A stretch of 64,000 nt of DNA, from contig JARFYF010000050.1 of the NCBI GenBank assembly GCA_030265395.1, positions 33,407,129-33,471,128 of the forward strand, read 5' to 3'. Source of the stretch: Rhina ancylostomus (Eukaryota). The translations under genes were made by a program, and so were the position numbers. Of the stretch, positions 37,655 to 51,944 are shown one piece after another (the stretch's first letter is position 1; every line of letters begins with the position of its first letter). Below the pieces are notes generated by a model. That model worked only from the letters and a program-made list of their open reading frames with translations. It had not been told where the DNA came from and did no database searches.

Positions 37655-39400
37655 GAGCTCCTTTGCATGTATGAGGCTGCCATTCTGCCTTTGTGTGAAT
37701 CACAGTCAAATATGACCTCTAATGGAAGCTTTGAGTTGCTCAGCAGCGATACACAAGTTGTATTTAAAAAAAACACACACAACCCGCACACACCTATTTT
37801 CCCTTGGATTATTATTGTAAAGTTATAGCATTTACTTTAAGTTCCATGCACTGCAGATGCTACAACTAATCTTATTGCAATCTCTTATTGTAAATACTAC
37901 GTAGGGATTAGCTTTGTTTCGATGTTTGGGGTTTTGTGGTCCCTCACGGTCTGTAAAGCTGATTTATATACACTGCTGTATAAGCTACTGTGTAAACAAA
38001 TGGAAAAACCTTTTTAGAAAATATGAAAGACACTACTTGTATATAACCACAAGAGAGGGATGCTTGTNNNNNNNNNNNNNNNNNNNNNNNNNNNNNNNNN
38101 NNNNNNNNNNNNNNNNNNNNNNNNNNNNNNNNNNNNNNNNNNNNNNNNNNNNNNNNNNNNNNNNNNNAAGAGAGGGATGCTTGTGTATTTTCGTTTTTCT
38201 TTATTGGACTGAAAGTTGAAGCTTGATTTGGATGTTTGAATATTTGGAGAAGGTACAAGTTTGAAGACAGTGTCCCATTTTCCCAGTCTGCAAAATACCC
38301 TCTCTTACCCACATTTCCACTCCCTTAGCAAAATAAAAACATATAGATAAAACAAATCTTATTAAAACTGTTACAACCTTCCATTTTTTTTTGTCAGCCC
38401 ATTAATGAGGATTGTATCTAAACTTTGGAACTTTTAAAACATTTTTAGATAAGAGGGGTTGGCAGTGATTTTGAAGCTTTATTCATTTTGATACTGTTAT
38501 TTGTGCCGTTTCTACAGCTGCTTGTGAGGATTCTATATCTGTACTAAAGTGACTGTAGACTGTGAAGTTTTAAAGGTGCTACCAAATTATGTCAAATGTA
38601 TAAACAACTTTTATTAATCTTTCATTGACACTAATCTATATTTGGATATTGAACTAAAAGCATAACTTATCTCACTTTTGGTCAGCACTTGTTATTTCCT
38701 TGCTCTTCTGGCACTGTTGGTCACTTCCGTGCAAAACAAGCACCCCGAGACCTGTGTTGCATTCTGAGAGTGACTCAAGTAACTTTGTCATTAAAACAGA
38801 AATTGAATGATCACCAGGGCCAGTAGAAACAAAAATGTAGCCTCGCAATTTGTGCTTAGTCATGATTTAATATTGTAGGAAATAAGTGAACAAAAAAAAG
38901 TAGAACTCTTGATGTTCACCTTTTAATAACACCAATACTTCAGAGAAGATTCCACTGCAGATGTATTTCAATGACTATAACTGATTTACAAGGTACTAAT
39001 GATATGTCGTTTAAGTAAACGACAAGTTGGAGTACCATGAAGGAGTGTGTTGTGTCGTTTTGATAGTTTCATATTTCAGTCTTACTGGCCCACCAAAGGG
39101 ATGCTGTTTCTCAAAAAAAAATTAAATCAATAAACTGTAGGATCTGGAGACCATTTTTTTTAAACCTGTATGTGCAGAATGGGTGTCATCTTGCTGTTGA
39201 GTGAGGGAGAGGGGGAATATTGGGTAGCTTTGTAGTTTCTGCCAGTGGCAGGCCCTGTATTTATTTAAATGTGCTAAATTTGCTCCCTTTTCCCTTTCCA
39301 GTCATAGAAACTGCTGTTTGTGATTGTAAATACACAGTAAATACCGCACCACCTAACTTTGCATATGTTAGCAATAAAATATTTTTGCACCACATCTGAA
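37655..39400 (+). other. 3'UTR of the MPRIP-like gene
   Basis: AT-rich and free of recognisable repeats. Pumilio-type TGTAHATA at 37889, 38038 and 39325. AATAAA at 38332, 39129 and 39373. Confidence 0.7.
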
Positions 39401-39422
39401 TGTTGTCTGTGAGTATTTGTCT
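39373..39422 (+). terminator. Probable distal polyadenylation signal of the MPRIP-like gene
   Basis: AATAAA at 39373-39378 followed by a GT-rich element (tgttgtctgtgagtatttgt). Repeat-derived sequence begins shortly after. Confidence 0.6.
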
Positions 39423-39479
39423 AGAGTACTGAATTCACTGCACTTCAAAATATAGAATGTCTACCCTCTATTGAAATGA

Positions 39480-42400
39480 TCTTTGGGGGAGATTTAGGGT
39501 CAAGTTGTGACTATGCACTTGCATCTAATCACAAATTTAAATGAAAAGGAATCGACTTACGAGTGCCTCTGCTACCGGATNNNNNNNNNNNNNNNNNNNN
39601 NNNNNNNNNNNNNNNNNNNNNNNNNNNNNNNNNNNNNNNNNNNNNNNNNNNNNNNNNNNNNNNNNNNNNNNNNNNNNNNNNNNNTAGGTAGTGTTGCCTT
39701 TGGACATCAATTTGCCGTTAGTCCTGGAATGTTGTTGGAGCAGGAATTGTAGATGTGCTCAAGAAAAGTTGGCAGGTAAAGTTTCTGCATCCAAACCTCT
39801 TGATGATGAGCCTTCTGGCAGTGAACTTGGTAGAAATGCAAGTGTAACATATTTCTGATCCATACTATTAACCATATTGCCATACAGAGTACAGAATTGC
39901 TGAAATCATCTGTTAACTTAAAATTTGTTAGTCCTTTTCAGGTATGTTGCTACCCAGTGTGGCCCTTGGTGCAAGACACTTCTGGACGAGGAAGTTCATT
40001 TGGTAAAAATGTTCATCCAGATTAACATTGTGTTGCTTCAAATGCTGCCTTGAGAACACACTCAACTCTGCTCTGGAACTTAGCACTGGTCAATATTTGG
40101 ATTGATACAGTCAATGGCTGTAATGAGCTCTGGAGCTGAGTAGTCCTGGATATCAAAGTTAGACCTTGAAGGATTTATTTGTTTGTCTCTCTGTAGACAC
40201 AGCCTGACCTGCTTAGTATTTCCAGCATTTTCTGTTCTTATTTCAAATATTCAGCATCTGCAGTACTCCAGATGTGTTTTCACTTGAGCCCTATACAGTT
40301 GTGGCAAGACAATCCCACTCTTACAAGGAGGATCAATGTTCCTAATTATTTACTGTATCGGTGCCAACTTTATGCAAACCTCTTCCTATTCGGAGGCCTG
40401 CAATAATCTTGAAACATTATAAGCCCTGTCTTTCAATCTAACCCCATCCTTAACTTTAGTTAACCCCTTTCAACTTATTCCCCAATAGTCTATGTTAAGA
40501 GTTACAAAATATTTCCTTAAGTGCCTGCCATTTATCTACTATAATACCTATTAATCTAATTTACCTATTTGTTAACTTTCCTTTAAGTTTCAGTCCCATG
40601 TTTGTCACTCAGATGCTGTTAAATTCTTTTCTGCTTTGATCATTCAATTTCAAAGAAAAGGAAATCTATTAGAATGCCAATAAATCCTGTCCTTTAGCAA
40701 TCGTATCTTAAAATAGTCTTATGAGTCTGTGACTTTGTTCTAGGAAACTTGCTCAAATATATTCCATGAACTCCTTATGTAAATCTTTGCCAGCTTGTTG
40801 TGCCCAATGAAGATTAAAGTCACCCATTGTTATTTGCATTACTCTTGCTACAACCTTGTTTACTTCTTGACCAATCCTATCCAATGGTACAATGACTGTT
40901 ATGTGAACCTATAGACTATTGCCTCCAATAATCATTGTTCGAAATAGAATTAGCTTATTTCCTCCTTTTATTATTAGAGCCAGCTTACCTCCTTTTCCAC
41001 TGTGTCTATCCTTCCAAAATGTTGGTTATCTTGGAAACTCATTTCCCAATCTCGGTCACCATGAAACACATCTCCAGTGCTCTAGTTCATACCTATTTAT
41101 CCATCCCTGTGACCTCAAATCATCCTTCCATCTTGTTATTAATGCTTCATTTGTGTAGATAAACAGCTTTTAATTTTAATCCCCCTCCTTTCTCTTCTCC
41201 TCCGCGCCCTCCTACCCCCATCCTTCCATTTTGTCCCCTTTTCCCTAAAGACACAAGCTTGCTGTCTATCCCCCTAACTGAACTCCCCTCTACCACTTTC
41301 ACATTAAGTTTTGGTTCCTCTCCTGATTGGTCTCCTGTACCATCATGTTATGGCCAGGCCCATCCTCCCTACAATCCTTGTTCATGTCCTTGTACTGGAA
41401 GAAACATACTGTCCCTTGAGGATTTCATTGAATTCCCACTTTATAGAGCTACAATAAATCATCTATCAAATCTTGACCTGTTTTCAATTAATTTAGGTTT
41501 CTATTTACTTGATATCTAATTTTTTTAATGTCTCTGCTCCTCTTACCTATCATTCAGTTTTATCTGCCATAGCTTGCATTAAGCTCTAAATGAAGTTTAA
41601 ATACTTATTGCCTTAAGCTAAAGAACTATCAGGTGAACAAAGATCAAAAAGTTGCAGATGCGGGAATTCTGAAATAAAAATGGTTAAATGATGGTACTCT
41701 CCAAAGGGGTCACCCAAACTGTCTTTGGTTTCTCTAATTTAGAGACTGCACTGTGAACACTGAATGCAGCACGTTAGATTGCAGCTCACCTGAAGGACTT
41801 TTTAGATCTTTGGATGGTGGAAAGATATGAGGAGTCGCTACTGCACATTCTGTGGTTGAATGAGAAAGTGCTTTGAGAAGGTGAGTAAATGGAGTCAGAA
41901 GAGCAGTCCCTTCCAAATGCTGGAAGGGAAGAAGATGTGTCTAGTGGTCAAATACTTGTGAAGTTTGAGGAAATTGAGAGATGATCTGTTGAATTCAAAG
42001 GCTGGGGTGGAAGACAAGGACCAGGCAAACTCTATCTATGCTTTGGCAGCGGAGACCAGAGGGCCAGGAAATGGGTGCGATATTGGATGGCAAAGGCCTA
42101 GAGGGGCATGGGTCTAATGTGGACAAATGGGATTGGTGAAGGTGGGCATCAGTCAGCTGAAAGGGCCAGTTTCTGAGCTGTATGATTCTAAGGCCTGCAC
42201 TTGGAACTTAGATTTTCAGCTTAATATGACTTTGAAGAAGGAATAGTACACTCCAGATTTAAGTTTGCTAAGAACACAAGTTAAATGGCATAATAAATAA
42301 TGTCAATGGAAATTAAATTATCCTCTATTTGTATCCTTTAAGGTTGGCAGACCCATGGCAGAGTTAAATTCAGGGAAATATGAAGTTATCCATTTTGGAA

Positions 42401-42830
42401 CTGGGATAGATGTGAGAATATTTTTTTAAATGGTGAGATGGTATGAATTTTAGAGACAGAGAGAGTCCAAATACAAATATTGCTTTAAAATTGCATCGCT
42501 CCCAAAAACAAATAGGGTTGTGGCATATTGGTCTTTAGATACAAACCAAGTATATCCTCTGGTGGAGAACTGAAGCATTAAAACAATCAATCTAAGCCTT
42601 TTAAAACTGTGTTGTCAGTAGGTACCACACAAAGTGTAGAACTCTGGCTCTTTTGTCCCTAAAAAGCTGCTACTGATGGGAGTTAACGAAGATTCAAAAC
42701 TGCAATTGCTAATCTTCCTTTCCAGCAAAAATCTATGTTTGATAAAACTAAAGTGAGTAGATGGGGTTCAAATGCAATTAGCCATGATTTAATTCAAGGG
42801 CAGATGCACATTGAAGGGCTGTATCATGTG
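39480..42830. mobile_element. Intergenic pile of eroded LINE, CR1 and Penelope-like fragments
   Basis: Penelope-like ends at about 40165-40270 and 41635-42060, a reverse CR1 endonuclease remnant at about 40500-41600, and a CR1 tail at 42080-42190 (gctgaaagggccagtttctgagctgtatgattcta). Confidence 0.6.
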
Positions 42831-44499
42831 TAGTGCAGCTTCTGGACACAGACACAAATCAAATTCCTTCAGTATCGATTATTTCCAAAACTTGTTCATC
42901 TTTATTTATGGAAAGAAATGTATAGAAATGACATGAGATACCACTCGAATTTAAGGCTGAATTTAAAAATAAAATACAACAAGCACATAAAACTCTTGCA
43001 GCCTAATTTAAAAGGTTTCATATATATATAACATATATATAAAACTCACAGTTCAGCAGAGAACCAGTGGCTGGTACAAAGAAACACCAATAATGAAAAA
43101 GCAGTAAATTGCAGCCCACAAGCCAAGCATTTTTCACCGAGCTTCTATACAACAGCTGGTTGCACCAACCTTGGGTAAAGACATTTGTCCAATTTGACAT
43201 GAACTCTGGTGTTAAGACAACAACCCCCACCAGGTGATGGAAATTAGTGCCCAAACCTTCAGAGCCCTGCCTTAAGACATGCAGCTACTTCAGTCCTTTC
43301 TGGTCGTGTGTAGCATTACTCATTTTCAGTATAGACTAATGGCTAATCAATAGAGAGGATAGTTCTTTTTCATTTGGTTTTACCCAATTCCATCCTTCAC
43401 TGTAGAAACATATCCATGTTTAGCTGGAATTAAACAATCTTGCAAAGAATCTGCCCCAAATGATAAACATGGCTGAATAATTGTAATATCAGTATCAAAT
43501 ATGCTTGCTTCATATTACATCTATTCTTGCTGCATTGATTTCTAGTCTGAGAATCAAATAGGAAAAGCTTAGTGAAAAGGCCCTGCTACCATTAAATTTG
43601 GTTAACAGCTTATTGTATATCGTAGGATGGGTCTACCAAAACTGCTATCTAGCTACAACCCTATTATGGTGTCGCTGGTTAAACACAGATTAGAAACATT
43701 TAAGACAATTTCTTAAAATAGAAATGGATCAAAACTGAGATCTGCAACTGACAACAGAAGAGTTTTTCTCATCGTGCATTGGTTAATTTCAAGCCAATTA
43801 AAATGCAGTTGCTGATCAGTCTTGGCATTGGGATTGATAGAAAATAAAGAATGCTGGATACTACAAGACAACAGTGGAATAAACTAAGCCATTTTAATTT
43901 CCTAGATATAGCCTTACAGGGCTATCCCAGTCCCTTACAGCTTACATTTTATAAATGGTCTGTTATTTGCGTAGCTACATTTCCCAGAATCCAGTGTGTA
44001 AAGGGAGAACATGACATTTCTCTCCTGGTTGGAACATTTCATTTTGATTTCACATTTCTGCAACCTATTATGGAGTAGGTAGGGTCTGAAGTATGAGAAT
44101 AAGAAGTAAAATGAGATAGCTCATGGTTGAGCAAGGGTTATCCAGTGAGAAACTGTGCTATATATACTCTTTAGCTTGTGCTGTATCATTGAACTTGGCA
44201 AGGGTTAACAATTAGTTTCCTTTGGTTTAGACAGAAGAATGATTGCCTGTATTCTTAGTCCTGATCACTGACCTGCTGAGAAATATAGAGGCTGCAATAG
44301 GCAGAGGATCAGGCTCGGGTACGATTTAGATTGGTCCCTCAAACATTTCTTCTATTGTCAATCAATCATTCAAAGCATTAAACTTGCTGCCCCTAGAAAA
44401 TGAATCATTCCTATATCTTGGGAACCATTCATTAGTGAGCCAGAACAGTGGTCATCTAAACAAAAGGTTCAAACCTCACCTAAAACTCATTGTCTTTCA

Positions 44500-45005
44500 G
44501 TTGAGACTCCTGGCCTCCTATGTGTTTTTGAGGTTTTCATTATCTACACCAAGCACTTCAAAGTGTTGGACAGCTATTACCAATGCTATCCCTGCAAAAT
44601 CCTCCAAATCCAGAGCCAGAAGTAGTAAATTAATGCCACTGTCCTCTCCCAGCTCTACTTACACCACACTGGGCAGGCTTCAACATTCACATGCCCAACA
44701 CCAGATTCCTGAAACACTATTTTCTGAGCTTTGATGTGGGAAGAGTTTATCAAGTGGGAAGATGAAAACATTCAAGGGTGTTCTTAAAACCTCCTCAAAG
44801 AAAAATGCAACATCCTCACCATCTCCTGGGATTTCTTCTCCTGTGACCTTTCACGGAGCAGAAGATGCATACTCTGAAGCACACCACCTACTGCCTTCCC
44901 TCCTGTACCACCTGTGGCAAGACCTGCAGGCACCACATTAGCCTCATCAGTTACCACACAGCAAGTGGAAGGCAGTTATCTTCATTCCCAAGACAGTGCC
45001 TAAGA
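44500..45005 (+). mobile_element. RTE-clade LINE 3' fragment
   Basis: Remnants of W-GH..RMP..RIPK.L..SEL and the terminal CTTCGKTCRHHISLISYH motif typical of RTE ORF ends. Confidence 0.65.
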
Positions 45006-46002
45006 GACAATTTACTGCACAGTAATAATAGAAACCAAGGTCAAGAAGGTGGTAACTATAAACAAAGAAATGTGACATTGATGTTTGCATAATTTAACAC
45101 ATTTTAAATGATTTTGTTTTAGATCCAGACAGAAATTTACAGTTTACCTTACAGGGAAGGAAACAATGGTGCAACTGAGACTTAACAGGTCTCTAGAGCA
45201 TAGGAAGCAGAAATAATACTACTCATGAAAATATCTGAAAGCAACAGACTGCTAGAGTGCAACATCACAGGAGAGGGTCTGGGCTCTAGCTGCCTAATAA
45301 TGCGTTTATCTATGGAATGGTTAGATAAACTGGATCACACGTGAAGGGGATGGGAAAGTGGAGAAAATGTAAAAACAGGTAATGAAAGGTGGCTTGGAAT
45401 AACATTTAGAGTCAGGGGTGTCTTGAAATAAGGTATGGGGTGGGAGCAATGTATTCGAGAAATGAAAGACTGGAACGGAGCCCTTGCAACAAATACAAAA
45501 AATTAGATTTCTTTGTTCTTGGCATTTATCCACTGCTTACTGACAATTAAATGATATCAACAAGCTTCTGTTATTCAACTCAGCTCAATACTGAGCCATC
45601 ACGGATACAAATTGTAATGAAGTTGGAGAAACAGAATTATCTTTTCAGTTGACTGGCGAAATTTAGATCCAACCTATTGGTAGCATACTTGGTCAAGAAA
45701 CCGACCGTCTCCTTGTACATTCACCTATTATGCTGCATATGTCATCGTCCAAACTTTTAGCAGAAGTAGTTCGATGATGGGTACAATTCTCTAAACTAAA
45801 CAATGCCTAATTATCCAGCTGTCTAAATGGCATATCAGCCTTCTGACATCTTACCTTTTGCTTGCTTTCCCAGCAGTGTTCCACTGATAGTGATAGTCTC
45901 CGTAACTTATCAGCCTGGTCAAAGCTACAAGTCAGCCCCATGAGCTGAGAACTGAGTCTGTTAACTTTCAACATGCCTCTTTTTGTTTCTGCAATGAGTA
46001 AT

Positions 46003-46115
46003 GCTGATGAAAGGTCATCAACCTAAAGTGTTAACTCTGTTCACAGATACTGTCTGAGCTGCTGAATATTTTCAGGATTTTCTGTTTTTATTTTACATTT
46101 CCAGTGTTCAGCTTT
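46003..46115 (+). mobile_element. Penelope-like end with a degenerate hammerhead core
   Basis: CTGATGA-AAGGTCATCAACCT-AAAG-TGTT-AACTC followed by cacagatactgtctgagctgctgaatattttcag. Confidence 0.6.
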
Positions 46116-48476
46116 TACTTCTGGGCCAATGGAACTTTAGTTCCACAGACATTACCTGCCCTCCAGTAACACGCACAAGCCTTTATAATGAACACTGTGA
46201 GCTAACTGACAAGTAAGCACAATACTGTCAGCAGTTCACATGTGCACCAGCGAATAGACAGTGATCAGGAGTGAGAACTATGATTAATTTATTTCCCCTC
46301 CGTAGCCTAGGGCCATTGTGTGTCAGACAAGTGCTTCAGCTCAGGAGAGCAAGGAATCCAATCAAAGCTTTTAATGGCTCATGTTGCAGACATACTGAGG
46401 AGAAAGATAAATTAAAATTCTGCAGCAACCAAATAATCAAAGGATTCAACAATACCTTTCTGTGCCCTTAATGTGGGGACTGTGCTTCAGGAGAGGGAAC
46501 TGAAAAAAAAGATGAGGTCGAGCTTTACACAAACAGCAGACCATTCATTGGCCTTAAAAAAGAAAATAATGTTCATTAAAATAAGACAGAAAAGCATAAA
46601 GAGTCTGCAAGACCATCAAATACTTGGCAAGAGTTGGAGATTAACTTTTAACTTTTAAAGTTTCTGTAATGTCTGTAGAGTAAGCCCAACGAGCTTAACC
46701 AGCACACTAAGGATTCCTAAAAACTGACCAATGATGATATACAGTAACTGGTTCTGTGCATCTGAATTAAGGGTTTCTGAAAAGGTAGCAAAGATAACTC
46801 TTGCAGGATGAAAAACTCTAGAGCTGGACTGTACACGTCACTGAATGATGCATAAGGAGACATGAATTTAATGGAGTTAAAAAAGTACTTAGTACGGTTA
46901 ATTTTAAAAATAAATATCTATCTATCTATATATATTTATGTGGTATTTGCACTGTTGTATCCCTCTTGTCTGGCCTTTACCTTTTATTAAACAAAAAACA
47001 GAAATTCGTTACAGTTCTCCTCTAACCCAGAATTATGAAATCTAACAAAGCCTGTGTCACAGTGCTCCTTTGGGGCTCAGCCACACTGGAGGCCTAAGGC
47101 AGATGCGCAAAACTAACTGGCAATTCATTGTATTAACTCAAGCTGGAGTGATGGCATGAGATTTTCCTTTTTTTAAGATTACTAATAGCAATTCTTAATC
47201 AGAGGTCAAGCCCACTGAGCTGTGCACAGTGCAGTGAATTGTGCGACAGTTTAGTTCAGCTGCAAAATTTGTTTTGAATGAGAAATAGGACATTTGTTCG
47301 TTTTAAAAAAAAGTAAAATAATTAACCAATGTAAAAGAACGGTAGTTTCATAAATGATTATCAAAGCCAATCGATTCCAGAAGTAGTAAAGCAATCTGGA
47401 TATGAAAACTAGGAGCAGTATACATCTCACCCTTTACAAAAGGGGAATACTTCGAGACTATCATTTACAGCAGAATTTTAAAACCACTGTAAACAAGTAA
47501 ATTTTTGTGGGGAGACGCAAGGGACAATTTTGTGTGCTTTACTATTTGAACCAATAACACTTAACTTCTGCGGCAAATGCCAAACCCATGAACTTACGTT
47601 AACGACTAATAACTTTGGAACGAGAGGAACAGAATGAGCAAATCACTTTTGACCCTGTTCATTCCATGGGTGTGAATAAGTGGTGTTTAGTTTCCTATAA
47701 ACAATTCAAAAAGATTTGAATGTGTGGCTGACATTTGGTTCTCACTTGGCTACACTGGGTCCAGCAAAATTTCCGATATATACACCCGTCTAAAGATTGG
47801 CTATTTCAGCAGGACAGTGTTACTATGCTATGTAGGTAATCAGATAGGTCCCAAAGATAATGAGGTTCTGCAGTTGGAATTAAGTGCCGTTCACTACATG
47901 CACATTTGAGGATGACACCAAAATGTACACAGAACTAATGACTAGAAACTGAACACTACTATTTTTAAGGCTGTCAATGCACAAGGAAGAACCATCTGGA
48001 TAACTGTGGTATCAAACTGCATGCCTGGATCATTTCCCATTCTCACACCTGCACAACCCAATCACTGTTAAGAATACGAGGTTTGTGTTTACCAAACACA
48101 CACAAATCTGCTGCAGCTCCTTTTGAAAAAATGTAGTGGATGTATTGAAACTTGGGTATAAAGTTTACAGACAATGCAGAAAACCGCATTGCCCCNNNNN
48201 NNNNNNNNNNNNNNNNNNNNNNNNNNNNNNNNNNNNNNNNNNNNNNNNNNNNNNNNNNNNNNNNNNNNNNNNNNNNNNNNNNNNNNNNNNNNNNNTTTAC
48301 AGACACCGCAGAACACCGCATTCCCCCACTTCAACCCTCCCCCCACCCGCCCCTTGCCCACCCCCCCAAAACCCACAACCCCATCATCACAGCCTTGTTA
48401 ACATTTGGGGGGAACTCAATCAGTTTAACATATCTTGACATATAGTCTTGGAAGTACCATGAACATTTAACTCATT

Positions 48477-48491
48477 CTACTTAACCAACAG
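48477..48491 (-). CDS. RAI1/TCF20-like probable last exon start, coding LLVK* when the 73-nt exon is skipped
   Basis: Minus-strand acceptor ctcccatgtcctttattgcag|CTGTTGGTTAAGTAG. Parallels the short tails KHK|RLP* of RAI1 and KHK|VRLWR* of TCF20. Confidence 0.55.
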   Translation of the reverse strand: MLVK

Positions 48492-49554
48492 CTGCAATAA
48501 AGGACATGGGAGACCACAGTGCTTTCTTTCAATATCTTCAGTTTGCTTTACTGTGAAGGCAACAAGTGGCAGCTGAATTTTTCTCACAAAACAGCATGTC
48601 CATCTCCAAGCAGTCTGTGAAGAACCACCTGTGGATGTGTTAATACAAAATGTTACAAGAAAAATAGTGATACCATGACAGGTTTGCTTTAACTTTACAC
48701 CTCCATTTCCATAGCACTTGTACTTCACTGATTGTAAAATGTTTTGGGACATTCTAAGTACAAGTACATGCTGTAAGCACAAGTCTTTCTTCCTGGTATG
48801 ACACATTAAGTGAATTCTTTACATACTTGTTCCTTCGGTTACACAATTACCAATATTATTCACAATCATAATTAGAATGGTCTATTACTCTTCATTAAAT
48901 GTGAGACATGTTACTGAATTTGAAATTGACTACAACTTCTTAACTCCTCAATACCACTGCCTCGCATAAGACCCATTACTATATGCAATGGATTATAAAT
49001 GTAATCACTGATTAAATATAATTACTGATCACTGACTACAATTTGGATCATAGGGCATGAATCACCAACATCTCTGCAAGACATGGTTACTTTACTTGAG
49101 CAGTAGTGTGTTGCTACATATATGAATGTGACTGATCTATTAAATTTTCATGGAAAGTGCCATCATAACTCTATATAGTTTATTTAACTGCCAAATAAAT
49201 CTAAGATTTGGTCCTGAATTATTCTCGCTTAGTGAGGTTTGACAACATTAATTGATTATTTAAGCCACAGTTATACTTCAATTGCTGAGATAGGCAGCAT
49301 CATTTTAGATTCATTACTTCACCCTTCCCACCACCACACTGTGCTGTGCATCACCCTGAAGCTGTCGAGTCAGATGCTGATCATCTCTTCGTCCACCTAG
49401 AACACCTGCTTCACTATCAGTTTCACTTTACTTTGGAACTCCAGGGAATGACCTTCTTAAGCTCCCAGTCTTTAGGCTCCCAGAAGTGGTGCAACACCGA
49501 CCATTTGGAAAATAAATTACATTCATCAGCAAAGCACAAACTGCTTAGGCTGAC

Positions 49555-51410
49555 TGAATTGGTTTGGGATAAATAAGATGTGAGAAGTGAATGCACAGTT
49601 GTGGGAGAAATTAATTTTGTTTCATGGGGCACCAGTGTGGGGTAAAGAGGGAACTATTCTTTTGGGATGGGCTTCCACTGGGTTGGGTTGGGGACGGTGC
49701 CCTAACATATTAAAGAACTTGGGGTAGATAAGGCTTTTAACTAAATGGTGGGGGTGGGTTGTTTGAGGGGAAATGTCAAAGAGATAAAGCAGGTAGTGAC
49801 AACCTGCTTTGTCAGGAAGAGACAGAGAATTCAGACATCAGTATATTTTCAATTAGTTTGAGATAAGAAAAAAATGGTACAAAAACAAAACTGAAGGCTC
49901 TTTATTGGAATACATGCAGCATTTGTTACAGTTGGTGAATGAATGGCATTCGTAGAAATANNNNNNNNNNNNATCACAGAGGTGTGATTGCCAAGTGACC
50001 GACGTTGGAAATTAAATATTGAAGGATACTTAACTTTTAGAAGGGGCACACAAAATGGAAAAAGTGGTGAGGTAGCCCTGATAATAAAAGATGACACAGG
50101 CAGGAGACAGGGTGGACCTTAGCTCAGAAAATCAAATTGTTGTACAAGTTTGGAGGAAGCTATGAAACAGCAAGGGGCAAACCAAATTAGATATAACACT
50201 GCGGAGGATGAATTCCTGGAGTGTATGAGAGATATTTTCTACATCAGTACGTTGAGGAACCAATGAGGTTTCAGGCTACTTTAGATCTAGCATTGTGTAA
50301 CAAGAAAGGGTTAATTGATGATCTAATAGTTAAGGGGTTGTTAGCGAACGGTGCTCATAACATGGTATCGTTTTATATAAAGATTGAATGTGACTTTGTT
50401 CAGTCAGCATCTTAAATATGAACAAACTATGAAGACATGGGGCATGAGTTGGCTATGGTAGACAGAGAAACTACATTAAAAAGGTAAGACAATAAATAAG
50501 CAACATTTTAAGAATTAAATCTACTAAAAACCTCAGGTTAAAACAAAACACAGGAAAAGTGGTTTGGCAGATTACACCAACTAATGTAGTGTATTTCGAT
50601 TTGTAAGAGATTATACATTATACTGCACAGTATTAGAGGTCCAGAATGGTTAATAGTCAAAAAAGAGTATGTAGGAATGAGTCATTTTCATTGGTAGGCT
50701 GTGACTAGAGGGGTGCTGCAGGGCCACAAACTGCCCCAGCTGTTCATACACTATCAATGATTTGGATGAGGAAAGCGAGTATCCAGGTTTGCTGTTGATA
50801 TTAAACTAGGTGGCAGCATGAGCAATGAGGAGAATGCAGAGAGGCTTCAAGGGGTATGGACGGATTCTGTGAAGGAGAAAGGATGTGGAAAACATTGTGA
50901 AATCATCCACTTTGGAAGAGAAGAAAGGCGAAGTTTCTTTTTAAAACAGTGAGAGCTTGAAAGACGTTGGAGGGGCCTGGGTGTGCCAGAAGTTAACATG
51001 CAGGGACAATGAAGCAGGAAAGCGTTTCTTTTGTGTATAGTAATTTTCAGAATCTGTGCATCGCTAGCAAGGACATCATTTATAGCCAACCCATAAATGC
51101 TGGGAGGTGATGGTGAGTCACCTTCTTGAACAGTTTGAGTCCTTTTATTGAAGTTACTCCCACACTGCTACTGGAGGACGAGTTCCAGCATTTAGACCCT
51201 GGTGGCAATGAAGAAACAGTGAGACATTTCTAAGTCACAATCGTGCAGATCTTAGAAAGAAACTCTAGGTGTATGAATCTGTTCTCCCTACTTCAAGAAT
51301 GATATAATTGCAATAGAGGGAATGCAGAGAAGGTGCAGCAGATTGATTTGTGGGATGGTGGATTTGTCACATGAGGAGAAATGAAGCAGACTGAGTTTAG
51401 AATAAAGTGA
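49555..51410 (+). mobile_element. Eroded long CR1 copy with a nested LINE tail (about 51050-51260)
   Basis: Endonuclease remnants (ITEVWL, FLHQYVEEPMRFQATLDLALCN), RT remnants (ggggtgctgcaggg...aggtttgctgttgatattaaactaggtgg) and gcaatagagggaatgcagagaagg. Confidence 0.7.
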
Positions 51411-51764
51411 CATGTGGGCAACCCCCAGACCACGAGGCTCCAAACTGCTATCGAGCCAGCTAGCTGAAATTAAAATACTAGCTCCATTTATTATAGCTTT
51501 TCTGATGACAAAAGCCTAATAGTCTGTTCATTAAACAGCCATCTAACTTTCCAGTTTTAATTTTCCTCAATTAAAGCAAAAAAATACACAACATAAATGG
51601 ATAAAATCAAAGCAAACAAATCACTGTAATCAGATAAAAAACATCAAACCATATCTATAAGTAGCACTTCACCTGTTTCTGCAGTGGGAGAGTTATGTAA
51701 CTTTGCAGCCAGTTTGGGGTGTGGTCATTTCAGCAAAACAGTGACTGTGATGGACAATAATAAA

Positions 51765-51890
51765 TGATCTGAAGGGTCAATGACGTGAAACATTAACTCC
51801 ATTTCCTTTCCACAGGTGCTGCCTGACCTGCTGAATGTTCCCAGCATTTCCGTTATGTCTCAGATTTCCAAAGTCTGTAATTTTGCTTTC
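51765..51890 (+). mobile_element. Penelope-like end, degenerate
   Basis: gaagggtcaatgacgtgaaacattaactc...cacaggtgctgcctgacctgctgaatgttcccagcattt. Confidence 0.6.
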
Positions 51891-51944
51891 CAATAGTGAT
51901 CACATTAACTGTTTTAGACATTGTTTGAACGATGAAATGTTGAT

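Larger units (their letters stand above)
42880..48476 (-). other. Probable 3'UTR of the RAI1/TCF20-like gene
   Basis: Minus-strand AATAAA at 46983-46988 (proximal) and 42901-42906 (distal). 46900-48470 lacks recognisable repeats and looks UTR-like. The extent is inferred. Confidence 0.5.
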
